A stretch of DNA of 64,000 bases from the NCBI GenBank assembly GCA_964187785.1, contig OZ076413.1, positions 41,914,001 through 41,978,000 on the forward strand, written 5' to 3'. The stretch is from Amphiscolops sp. MND2022 (lineage: Eukaryota). The notes under the pieces are model-generated. The model ran no database searches, was not told where the DNA came from, and saw only the letters and a list, made by a program, of their open reading frames with translations. Both the position numbers and the translations under genes were made by a program. How positions within the stretch are numbered: position 1 is the first letter of the stretch; every line of letters begins with the position of its first letter. Shown one piece after another: positions 24,777 to 36,900 of the stretch.

Positions 24777-27717
24777 GTGACTGATGGTATTCTGGAAGGC
24801 TATCCCGGAATTCGTCAATGCAGCAACTGCGGAATTTTTGATCATGCAGATGCGCAATGCGGGGAGCACTCCAACTCTCCGAAACCAAGTGACGAAATCG
24901 CCTACAACCGATGGGCCGAGGTCGGGTCGGCTGGCGTTGCTGCGCACACAGTAGCCCTAGAGGATGACCGCGTATTAATGCTACACCCGGCGGAACCGCC
25001 AGCATTTTACACCCCGCTAACAATTACTTGCGGTGCAAAACAAGTTCAAACCTGCTTAGAGCCTACCACGTTTGACCCACAAGGACGGACGTTGATCTCT
25101 ATTCACCTGATGTTGGCCGCCGAACAACTGCGCAGACCAACGTTAACCCTGGCGAAGCTCTGGGTTGAATTATCCCTCCTCTATAGACGAGTTGAGTTGC
25201 CCCGTCCCAACGAATGGTACGTTCCCGGAGATTCTGAAACTCTGACGACGTATTCCCCAGTGCCAATCTGTGCCACCATGGATGGTGTGGACGTAACGTT
25301 TGAAGCCTGTGTGGTGGTGGATGTGTTCCCACCTGGCATATGTCTGGGTCCCCAAGAACTGAAATGCTACAACATCAACCACCAGGATTCCACTGGTGAG
25401 GCACGGATAGACGAACGTGCGTCACTTGTTTCTTTCGTAGTGCCCCATGCGGCACCTATCCCACTACGTGGACTGGTGGACACCGGTTCAGGCGTATCAA
25501 TATTGACGTTCTCCGCCTTCAATGGAGTGGCAGCTCGAACCGGTACTGTCCTAAAACCCTATCAAATCGACTTGTACGGTGCCAACGGAAAAACAATAAA
25601 GACTTTTGGACTAGCAGAGCAGATTCGTTTCCAATTGGGAGGGTACGAACTAGAAACGAACTTTGTTGTAGTGGACGATGCAATGCACACGGTTCATGGC
25701 ATCAAGGACCTACTCCTCGCACAGAATCGAGACGTGCATGTTCTTGTACTCAAAAAACTGGTGAATGGGGAAACCATCGATCAGGACATATTTCCCGAGG
25801 ACGTACGTGCATTTGCCGGGAACTATTTCAAGCAAAAGAAGGAGCTACTTTTCCTAAATTCCAACAGCGTGCTCTGTGTGAAATACCCTCTAGCGCAACG
25901 TCCACTTCATGAACGCCCTTGCATGATTGTGATGCCTCAGTTATATCAACATGAAATTCTCTTCCGTGCCCACGATGCTATGGGTCACCAAGGCATCGGC
26001 AAAGTAGTGGCGCGCATACAGGAACGCCACACCTGGCCTGGCATTCGCCGCACTGTGGGCGAGTACGTGAGCCAGTGTCTCACGTGCCAACAAGTTCGAG
26101 ACAAACCTGGGGATGTTCGGTTCCATCTCAAGAATTTTCAAAGCGGGTACTTTATGAGTTGGTCCAGTACGATCATATGAAGCTATGCTCCACCGATGAT
26201 GGAAACACGGGAATCTTAGTCATCATTGATCACTTTTCTAAATTTGCCGAGGCAGTCCCTTGTAGTCATGACGAGTATGACGCAATTACCACCTCGCGAT
26301 TGCTCTTGCAAAAATGGTTTGCCCGTCATGGCACCCCTACCCGGATGCAATCGGACAATGCTCCGAATTTAACAGCGGAAGTCTCTAATGAGTTTATGAA
26401 AGCCTCACAGGTCATGAAAGTGACCACCACTGCTGGTCACCCCCGCACACAAGGTCTAGTAGAACGACAAAATCGCACGGTACTCACCTTGTTGCGTGTT
26501 TCCTGCTCGCGACGAATGCGCGATTGGGATCGTCACTTGGACGAGGTCCTGGGTGCGTATAACTCCACACGTCATGCAACAACAGGGTTCTCACCTTACA
26601 TGTTGACCAGGGGCACAGAAAAAGCGATACCCCTTACGTACCTGTATCCGAGTTTGCCTGGCGGTCCTTCCCCACATATGACGCTTATGTGGATCATGTG
26701 CTAGCACGTCTCCAAGAGATCCACGACTTGGTACGTAGAAACACGCACCAAGCTGAGCTGCGGCAAAAACTAAAATACAACCGCGCAAAACAGGCCAAAG
26801 CCTATAAACCTGGCGACTTGGTCTGGGTCTTTTGTCGATACGTTCCACAAAAAAGTTCACCGAAACTAATGCGATCTTGGCGTGGCCCGCATCGCATTTT
26901 TCATACTCTCCAGGATGGGCGTGTATACATCCTGGACACAGGACAAAAGGTCCACTTTGAACGTTTGAAACCTCATAATAGTGGCCCCTTGGAATTTGCC
27001 GTCACCCCATTAGATGCCGGTGACATCGCCGTGGTAATGGATCCTGAGCCCGAGCGCTCCATGGAACCTATTGATGATGATTGCTCCAAGCCCTCCTATC
27101 ACTCTGAACAATTACTTTCAGAGGCATCGGCTGTGTCACTACACTCTAGGCAACGCCATTGGATGGACACTAGATTGCGCACAAAGCTGCGCGCAGGAGG
27201 AACCCGGCAGCATTATCAACAGTTCGATTACTCCACGTCTGAGACCGACGATGAAACATTACCCAAACCACCCACCGCTCCTTCTATTGAAAGGGGGAGA
27301 GGGAGACCTCGGAAAAAGACAAGGGCGACAAGGGCACCCCGTTCACGTAAACCTTCGGCAAAGGCAGCGTCCAAAGTCCACTCGCCTATTTCAGACACCC
27401 AAACGGGATCCCAACATAGATACCAATTGTGGCATAAACGACAGCCCCGATACAAATGTGGCACCTGTGGATTGCACGACTGCGTATGCGTGCTAGCCGT
27501 GCACGAGAACCGGGTGGTTCCCATTCGAGCCCGGGGAGTTCCCCCGGAGGGACGACACAAAGCTGAACTGGTTCATCGTATCGTGGTGCGAGCGGAAAAG
27601 ACCTTCGCTGGATTAGAGCGAACCGAGAATTATTCAGCAGAAACCATCTTGCAGCGAATTGGCGTACCGGGCGATGCGAAGGCACCATGTCCTCAATTTA
27701 ATGGAATTGAAAAGTAA
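24777..27717 (+). pseudogene. pol remnant: protease fused in frame to integrase (HHCC, DDE, GPY/F), no RT or RNase H
   Basis: LVDTGSGVS; HDAMGHQG...CLTC; IIDHFSKF, QSDNAP, GLVERQN; WRGPHR; frameshifts near 26150 and 26660. Confidence 0.9.
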
Positions 27718-28189
27718 CGGCAAAGGCCTAGAGTTCACGCTGGCAACCGTGGTACCCCCTGTGCCCCCTAACATTGTGTTTGGTCCGTTCAATTTTGAGC
27801 GGGAGCCAGTGCAAATGGCCAGATGCATCACTGCTGATCTACTGTTAGACCGATACGGAGTCGAAGTAGAACCAGGTGGCGTGTATAGTCCAGCCCCGCA
27901 CTGGTGGTTGTTGGTGACTGCACCGCGTGTAGATGCGCTAGTGGAACCACGGCATTTCTGCTATGCCTGGAAAGTTTGAGGAATTCCACAACGGAACACC
28001 TAATCTTGTGCTTCCACCTTATTGACTGGTATCGTGGGAAAGTATAATTTCGCTGGTGGTTGGAGCTGATCATAACGTGCTTCACCAACTACCCCCGCAT
28101 TCGTCTATTGGACGAATGGATTCACACTTTTGAGGAGCCCCTGCAAGTGAGAGCAGCACTGAACACGCTGGACACATGGGTCCGAGCAA

Positions 28190-28834
28190 GTGTGGATAAC
28201 CAAGCGTTGCCGCAGTATGTCGTCGGTATTGCAGGATTTAGCCGCAATACAGGGTCGCACCCCACGCGTATGCTTACCCCCTGATAATGGACTGGGTAGG
28301 GAAATAGTGTATCCCGGCAGTCTACGCCCGAACATGGTGGAATACATTTCTTATGACACCACTGACTTCTTGCAAGTCGAAGGGCATATAGCCCTGGCGT
28401 GCCCGGCGGATTTAGAAACCAGCTCGGCAGCACTGCGCTACGTGTTGCGGGATTGCGGCAAGGAGCAAGTGTTCTCACTGCGCCCCCGGGTAGGAGAAAT
28501 TCTAACCCTGACCCCTGCAATCACCAATAAACCCACCCAGACCATACACTTGCTAATCACCCGTGCGAATCAACGCGCCCCGCTAATAGCAGATGATTTC
28601 CTATTATGCATGCGACAGTTGACGGCATTGCTAGAGGACAGGGGAATTGCCCGAGTCCATTTTCCTATACTGGACCCCGAAAGGCCAGTATTCTCCCTGA
28701 CCAACTTTTACAAAGTACTAGTGGATTTGTTCGCGGATACGAACATTCACGTGGTGCTTCACAATTGTGTGTACGTGTCTATACTTGGCATAGAGATAGG
28801 TGTTAAACCACCTGAGTGCCATCTCTCAAGTTGA
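28190..28834 (+). CDS. Divergent TARG1/OARD1-like macrodomain, probably the C-terminal part of a frameshifted pol extension
   Basis: DFLQVEGHIALACPAD...VGEILTL...IHLLITR...GIARVHFPIL...VLVDLFADTNIHVVLH is collinear with the TARG1 pattern GDLF..SLAHCISED...GEVAVL...IYYLITK...GVTDLSMPRI...IEEVFEATDIKITVY. Confidence 0.7.
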   Translation: MWITKRCRSMSSVLQDLAAIQGRTPRVCLPPDNGLGREIVYPGSLRPNMVEYISYDTTDFLQVEGHIALACPADLETSSAALRYVLRDCGKEQVFSLRPRVGEILTLTPAITNKPTQTIHLLITRANQRAPLIADDFLLCMRQLTALLEDRGIARVHFPILDPERPVFSLTNFYKVLVDLFADTNIHVVLHNCVYVSILGIEIGVKPPECHLSS

Positions 28835-28977
28835 TCTTGCTTGACCGAAAGCTCATGTGAGTTCGGATTTATATTCTGTTAGAGTACGTCTTTTCTGTCA
28901 TTAAATTTTATTGGGATCTACGTTGAATAAGGACGCCCTCAGCGCCCCCTTATTTAACCTTTCTATATTTGTAATCA

Positions 28978-30540
28978 TGTTTTCCACTAACTCGTTCCCT
29001 TATGGAACCGGTTTCAATGATGCACCAGGTGACGTCAGTACCAAGGTTCTAATAGGCGTCAATTTTAGACCAGGATGGCTTACCATCACAATGCCCCTGC
29101 AGCAATGCCTGCCTCGACTCAACCCAATCAGGACGTTGCCCGAACGCAACGTGTAAGGCAAGTGCAGTATATTGAAGAAAGGCTGCGCAATGGCATATCG
29201 CCAGCTGCCATTGCAGGGATCACTGCTCTTTTGGCGCAACTGGAGACGCAGCCCACAGTGCCCAGCTTGGCAGTTTCCATAGTCGCCGATGTAACTGGGT
29301 TATAAGCGTACAATGACCTGTAAAAACGGCACTTGGGACGGCTACGATTTGACCTACCCCTTCCTTGATGATCGCTCCTCAGTGGTGCGAGGTCCCAGCG
29401 TACTCACAACAATGGAGCAGGAAGCGACGCTGCGGATCCCAATAGCCAACGTGCCTATGCCACAACCTCTCCCACCAGCACATCTGGTAGTTCAACCACA
29501 GACACCATCAATGCAATCGACGAGTCAAGCAGCATACCTGCCCAGTGTGCATGCCATGATGCCCCCTGCAGCTCATATGGCACCTTATGACAGTGCTCCA
29601 GCGGCCAATGCGTCGCACATGGTATTAAGCACGACACCCCAGCAGGAGCCCGAGGACTCCTCTCCAAGGTCTATCGCTAGAGTGCGATCGGTGCAGTCTT
29701 CTGCACCTTCATCTGCTCGCAGCAGCATCACTGCACCAGACATGTCACAAAGAACGCCAAGTGAGCAGGCAGTCATTCAGGCCCTCCAAGCAGTGGCGAA
29801 CTATGCACAATCAAGAGAGTTCGTCAAAACTATGTCCAAGCAACTCCCAAGCCTACAAAATCTACTTGAAGCACCGGTCCAAGCACCAGTTCAAATACCG
29901 CCGGGTGGCCCCAATACAGTATGAGCCGGTCTGGCGTCCGCTCATGTCGGGAGGCATCCGACAATGTCGGGAGATATGCCACTGACGATATTAGATATTG
30001 TAAATCAAGTGCTGGGCGCGGAAATGCGCGCCGAGTGGGATGACGAATGTCTCCACCTAGAAGTGACGAATTTCGAGATGTGGAAGTAGGCGTGTACTCT
30101 ATGGAAGCAGAGAGGATGGAATTCAAAACGTGTAGCTCTAACAGCTCATCATCGCGCTGAAGAGGAGCGTGCTCAGCGCTATGCTCCCACACCATCCCAA
30201 AACACCGCTGCCCCTATTATGACCATGTCCTTGGAGCAAACCCTCTCCGTGGAAGCTGCATCCTTGGAAGATGAGGTTACAGTTGAGACAGCTATGCCTG
30301 TAGACCCTAGCCCTTCCGGTGAGCACACGGCAAAGCTTACGCCCAATGCGGCACTAGCTGACCCCATTGGACAATTAACCATCGACACCGAGGCGCCTAC
30401 CAGACGCGTATCCACGAGCGATGCCTCACCACCTAAGGAAACTTCTCCTCGCAGCAGAGACAGGTCTGCCGCCCAATGAAGCACCTCTGCCAATACGAAG
30501 GTGAGCCCGAGGGCTCACACAAAACCAAACAAAGCTAGGC
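28978..30540 (+). pseudogene. Additional broken ORF(s) of unknown function in the env position
   Basis: Chain of same-strand ORFs (28911-29156, 29075-29305, 29313-29924, 30219-30479) in GC-rich DNA; Pro/Ser/Ala-rich; no signal peptide or TM seen. Confidence 0.5.
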
Positions 30541-31267
30541 CTCCTCTTGCAGTACTCCTGATACAAACTCATGATAAACATTTTAGCCTTACCTTGGTGC
30601 TGTATTATTTTCGGTGCAATTTCAGTTGATAGTTTGTAGATCAGATGTTTTCACTGCGTACCTTGGGTGTACGGTCATTGAGTGCGCCTGCCCCTTGTGC
30701 TGATATAACGTTAACGAAGTTCAACAAAAAGATACAAACAATCATTGTTTTTCTTCGTTGAATGCCTCCAGTGACGCTCGAAAAGAGAGATTCAGGTGCG
30801 CTAGCACAGCAGACTGGCAAGAAAATCTTTCAAAAGTAGTCTGACACTCTTACGTTGAGTTGTGTGTGTTCTATCGATTGTCCACTTTTCGCTCTTACAA
30901 AAAGATATTTTTAGCAGAAAGAAACTGAAAAAAAAACGAGTCTTGACTGAACTGAAAGAAATTTTTTCAGCAGGCACTTGCCGCAAAAAAACGTTTTAGC
31001 CAGCCAAAGGTGCTTCAAACAGCTCTAGCCATTGAAAATTTCTAGCTCTCGCGCTGGTGTTATAAACGACTCAAAATTTTTTTTGTAAAATATTAGGTTT
31101 TGCAGTAAAATTGTCATAAGATCCAAAAGGCAATGTCCCAAGGTGGCTGTTCTATGCAACGGCGAGCCGACTTCAAGATGTATCCACAGCATGTGCGGGA
31201 CCCTACTCTCCGCGAAGACCCCTACGATGCTTGCCAGGGACGACAAGCCAGGAACCCGGGGAGTGGA

Positions 31268-31999
31268 TGTAACGGCATCCTATGATCAACGACGAGTATC
31301 GAAATTTTCGAAATTCGCTAAAAAAAAGTCGTTCAAGGATGACGTGGCACTCGAACATGGTTTTCTTTCGAAGTACCTGCCCAGAGAAGCATAGAAAGCT
31401 AAAAAAGAAGACCCCGCGAGGCAAAGAGAACCGAAAAAGCGTAAGATGGACCTGTGAAACGGCCCGAGAGCCTAGCCTATGCGCTAAACCTTCGAAAAGA
31501 CCCACGGTGATAAGATGAAAACATATTGTGCCATACCACCCATATGTAGAGATAATTGCCATTCCCGGACCCTGGGTTGTGATCAGCCCAAGAATCGCCG
31601 GTGCCATGCCACCTAGACTCAATCATTCGCCAAAGACTGGATTTAACTCTTTTATGAGGCCGTTTTAATGATTTGTTTGATTAATTTGTTATTCGAGAGC
31701 TTTTGATGCTATTTACGATTCTGGACAATTCAATTGAGTTCTATGGGACTAGCCCCATTTTTTTAGGCTGTTTAGACGGTGGTTGAGAAGAGAAAAAGCA
31801 TAATGCCCGTTATTCTCAGCAGTTAAAGACTGGAACAGGTCAGAGAGCATCCCTTAGCACGGTTCCCCCTCCTCGGGACCGGCTACCCACAGGAGGACAT
31901 AGTGAGCTGGTGCTATGGTGGTTTGTCCCGGACCATATCCATAGTGTCAGTTCCTCCACTCCAATGTTTCGTCCCAAACGCTTAGCGCTTGCCGTTACA
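31268..31999 (+). repeat. 3' LTR (732 bp)
   Basis: Direct repeat of 18843-19572. Confidence 0.95.
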
Positions 32000-32300
32000 T
32001 CATGTTGTATCTGCTTTTTCCTTGCTTCATTTCAGTGTTTAAAACTAGGGGTTCAACACTTTTCGGTTCAACTTTTTCAGTATTTGTATTCCATCAATTG
32101 ACTAACCATTCAAAGTTTCAGAATCTCAAAGATAAAACAAGATTTTGGATAGGCAGTGAGACGCTTATATCTCAACTAACTATAATAAGTTTGTTCGTTT
32201 ATTAGATTTAAAGTTTTCTAATGGATTATTCCGGATCGAGCTAAAAATGTTCGGCAGACTTTTTAAAACATAATAGGATTCAATGCAATTTTAACTGTTT

Positions 32301-32775
32301 TTAGTCGGCGCCTTTTCCCTCAAGGAAAAAAGGCCGATAATTACAGTGGGCAGTTTTTTTTCAGCTGACAATCTCACCCTGAATGGTCCACTTTTCTTAC
32401 AATTCTTACAATCTTACAATTTCTCAATTTCTTACAATTCTTACTTAGCTTACAAAGTAGTATTTTTACATCATCTAAGAAACTCAAGGGGGCCAAAGGG
32501 TACTCCTTTAGAGTATTTTCGGCTCTGTGAGACTTTTTTTTGAAAAAAAAAATTTCACCGAAGGGACCCTCTTCAATTTTTGATATTTTCCGGCAGAATG
32601 ATTGTTGAAAAATCTCAAAGGGTCCCCTTTTCAGTTTTTTCGGCATTGTGAGACTTTTTTCAAAAAAAAATTTCATAAAAGGGTCCCTAATTCACCAATA
32701 CTTTGACATTTTGAAGTCCTTTTAGTACTTTTAGCCTTAGATATGGCGCCGACTTGGGCCGTTTCCGGCTTTTTT
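32301..32775 (+). mobile_element. HINE-like element copy with internal ttcttacaa microsatellite
   Basis: ttagtcggcgccttttccctcaaggaaaaaaggccga at 5'; gcgccgacttgggccgtttccggct at 3'; T-rich flanks. Confidence 0.7.
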
Positions 32776-33938
32776 ATAATTTAGGGCACAAAATACAGAA
32801 AAACTGCAGCAGAGCGCACCCGATACCGTCACGTAACCTCCTTAAAAAAGAAACAGGTTGTTTTCTAACACAACGGCACTCCAAAAAAGAAAAAAGAAAA
32901 GAAATAAAAAGAAAAGGGTAGATCATTTGCCATATGATTTATTCATTGGAATCGGTTGATTAACAATCAGTGATATCAATTTATAAAGCTTTCTCAAGCT
33001 CTTTAATAGAAGCAATCATGAATATTTTTTTCTTGTTCCTAAACTCTAATGCCAATGAAGAATGTTTTTGATCATAATTGAATTCACTAGGTTGATCAGC
33101 ATTATTTTGTTCAGAATCTAACGCAGGGATGCTAAAATATGATGCAGTTGTAAAACATGAACTGAATATACCTCTGGCTTAGATTCAGGGCCATAAATCC
33201 CTAATATTGTACCTATGTGACCAGATTTACTATCAAATTAGGATCAAATGTCACTTCTGGATCAAAATGATGCTGTTTATTTGTGATCTATATTTCAGCT
33301 GGGACCAGTTTTACGTAATCCACTTCCCAAGGCAATTTGAGCTCTAGCCATGAAAAAATAGCCAAAATTTGGGAGACAAATTGAAACCTTCATCACAAAT
33401 TCACTCCACATTAAATTTCGAAATGTTTTAGTCCACGATGATTATTTGCGTCAAGACAATCAGCATGGTTGCGGGAATTATTGATTTTTTATCCCAATTC
33501 CAGAACAAAATTTAAATGAAAAGCAAAAATAAAAGGACGTAAGATCAGAATGCGCTGAAGAGACGAGCGGACTGTTCTATTTCTAAGCTAGGTTAATATA
33601 GGACAACATGATAAAATATAATGTGTATTCAGCACGACTATTTTGTAACCAAAGTATATACTAAATGTATATAAATTGTATTCTATTTTCAAGTTTGTAT
33701 GTAAACAACTTGTATGGTTGTCTAAAGAGTCTAGACCGGAGCTCGGTAAAGGTCATTCGGAATCAACCGTATTACATTTCCCCCTCTCTCTTCGGGTTTT
33801 CTTTAGTTTGTTGCTGAGGTTCCTGGGGGGGTTATGTCCTCGGGCATGAAGTCGGCTGGTTTGTGCGTCGTTTGTGGCACTGCTGTTCCCTTTCGAGAGA
33901 TCCAATTTGAGCCTGTAACAACATGAACATTTTTATTT

Positions 33939-36900
33939 TTATCCCAAAAAATTTCCAGTATAAGGTATGCTACCGTATCTATTCGGTTTATTTATGTTTC
34001 GGCTAGATCGCCGTATTTTATTATCAGTGTTCTCACCCTGTGGGATTTCGTCGCCATCCGTGTGGATTTGGATTGCGTCCTCCTCGGGGTTGGTTTGAAT
34101 CGGCTGGTACCGACCATTTCGTTCTGACGTGTCGTATGTTCGGTTACCGGTTTCTTCCAGCATTTCTTCGTCATCGTCATCGTCCTCATCTTCTGTTTCC
34201 GATACACTGACTTTCCGGTTTTGGACGATCTTGAGTTTGCCGTTCAGGATGTCGCGCAGTATCTCATCCCATCGGTTGTATTTTCCGTCCAGCCCTCTCA
34301 GGCAGTGCCGGTTCTTCGGTGTAATTTCGGCATTAGTTAATGCCGTATCTCTCAGGTTTTTCTTCTCGGTCTGAAACAGTGGTCCCGAAATAAATTTTCG
34401 GTGTATTATTTTTCCCGTATCTGTTTTTACGGTGTTCTCGGTTCCGTCAATTGCGGTTTGTATTTTCTTTTGAAATTTCCCTTCAAGTGATTTTTTGTTG
34501 TGGTTTTTTTCGACAAATTTAAAAGTATAGCTAACCGAATTTTTCTTCTTCGGTGATTTTGGGCCTTCGTTTGCCTGTTTTTCTTCTGCCTTGGTCTTTG
34601 CCATGATTATGTGATTTGTGATTTCACCATCGGCATCCCGACCCACATAGATGGGAATCTTCGGTTTATTTGGTGCTGAAAAAGACATTTCTGACCAATC
34701 CGATAAATACGTTTTCCCGTCTTTAACTATGTTAGTTAATTCGGTTCTCGGCTTTCTACCGTGGTGTAATTCAAATGGTGTTCTTTTTAGTCCGGTATGT
34801 ATTGTGAAACGCATTACTCGGAGCGCCCGGTTTATGCTTTCATTCAATTCGATTCCTTCTTCCAGGTTGGTTAGCATAAGGTTTTTTAAAGTTTGTATCG
34901 CCCGTTCGACAGCTCCGTTTCCCGTATGTAGTCGGGGTGTACAATATTCAAATTCTATATTTCGGCTTTTACACAATTCTCTATACTTTTTTGAGATAAA
35001 GGCTCCCCCTTTATCGGATTTAACTTTTTCCGGTAACCCGTATAAATTAAAGTTATTCGTTAGAAAGTTAATAACTTCTTTCGTTTCGACGGTTTTGCAA
35101 ATTTTGACCGTAGGCCATTTGCTGAAGCGGTCTATTGCTATCAAGATTTGTACGTCTCCGTTTATTTTTTTGTTATGAAGTTTTCCGGTAAAGTCGATTT
35201 GTATTTCTTGGCCCGGTTCGGTTAATGTTTTCAAGTTTCCGTAATGATTTTTCGGTATATGATATTTTAAATTTTTACCTGAAGCAAGGCAGGCAGTGCA
35301 GTCTTTGGCCTTATTTTCAATGTCCCGAGTAAAGTTTGGCCACCAGAAGATTTTGGCTTCGGCTGTCATCTTCGTTAAGCCGGCGTGGCTGAAATGTAGA
35401 ATGTCGAGTAGTCGTCTTCGGAGATCCACCGGAACTACGATCTGGTCGTCCATAAAATTGAGTCCCCATCGGATTGAGAGTTTTCCGAATACTTGTTTGT
35501 AGCCTTCGGGAGTTGCTTCTCTGTCTTCCCGTCTCATGCTGATTCTAACTCTTGTGAGTTCGGGATCGATGGCTGTTCATGCTATGAGGGTCTTCAGGTC
35601 CATCATGAATTCGAATTCGGCCTTCTTTATTGTGTCTTCGGTTATCTTTTTGTTTCCGGATAACATTCCCACAATATGATTTATCTGAATATAGTGGGCC
35701 TTTTTTCCCTCTGTGTTGAACTTGCTCAAGTCCACTATTGGCAAGTTGTCTCCTCTCAGGATTAGACTGTCTTCCTCTGTTTCTGGCTGTTCGGGTTCGA
35801 TTTCGCCTTCTTCTGTATTCTGGGGTTCTCCTGTTTCTTCGGTAAGTGGGTGATAGCCTCCTCCGAGTCGATTTGTTCGCTGTATCAGTTCCGCGTCTAT
35901 CTCCGCGATTTCTTCTCGGCTACGCTTATTTGGACGGGTTGGTGCGAATATTGTCCGTTGTGTGTGCGGATCGTATCTCCTTCTCAGTGTTCCTGGCTTT
36001 GATAAGTTGTTTCTCAAATCGACAAGTCTGCGTGTCTCCGGGCTTTTATTTCTCCTCCGGATTATCTCCATAATCTCTGTTGTTGCGCCCCAATGGTAAA
36101 AATTGTCTCTGTCCATTTCGGTAATTTCCGTATTTAAATTCTTCTTTTGGATAACGTTTTGATGGTTCAAAGAGCAGCTTAATTTTGACGCGCTAATATC
36201 GGACTGCCCGGATGTGCTTTTCTCGTTTCGGTTTATTTTGTTCACGCCATTTTTGTTCTCGAATATTCTACTTGCTTGTGATTGGTTGTTTTGTTGCTCA
36301 GTTTTGTTTTCCGATCTACCGTTTTCTATTTCGGTTACGCGTTTGCTGGTATCTGATTGGTCGGCGAATAATTGTCCGTATTTTGCGTTTAGTTTCGCTT
36401 GTTCGGATAATATGTTAATTACATATTCCTCATCGTAATTATCTTCCGGTGTAGCTCCCTCTACCGGATTTCTACTGAGGTAGTCCGTGAATTTCAAATT
36501 GCTTCCGGCGATGTGTTGTATTGCGATGTCAAAGTGTGCTAGTCGGTCTAACCACCGAGTTAATCTTGCACTGTATTGTTTATTGCACCGATTTCGTTTT
36601 ATTAATGGTTCCAGTGCTTGGTGGTCTGTGTATAAATACACTTTCTTTCCGTAAAGGTGGAATCGGAATTCTTCTAATCCCCAAACTACTGCTAGTAGTT
36701 CCAATTCACCGATTGAGTAATTTTTTTCGGTATCGTTTAAATATCTGCTTCCGTATGCAATCGGTTTTATATTTCCGTCGTCTTGTTTCTGCCATAATGT
36801 TATACCGAGTCCGGTTTTGCTGGCATCGGTTGTCACTATGTTATCTTTGTCTTTTGCATAGTGCGCTAAACATGGACCTTCGGTTAACATTTGTTTTATT

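Larger units (their letters stand above)
18843..31999 (+). mobile_element. Ty3/Gypsy LTR retrotransposon, RT/RNase H deleted, long leader, extra 3' ORFs including a macrodomain
   Basis: LTRs 18843-19572 and 31268-31999 with 10-bp terminal inverted repeats TGTAACGGCA/TGCCGTTACA; PPT ggggagtgga before the 3' LTR; gag, PR and IN motifs; only 3 bp (TCA) shared between the flanks. Confidence 0.93.
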
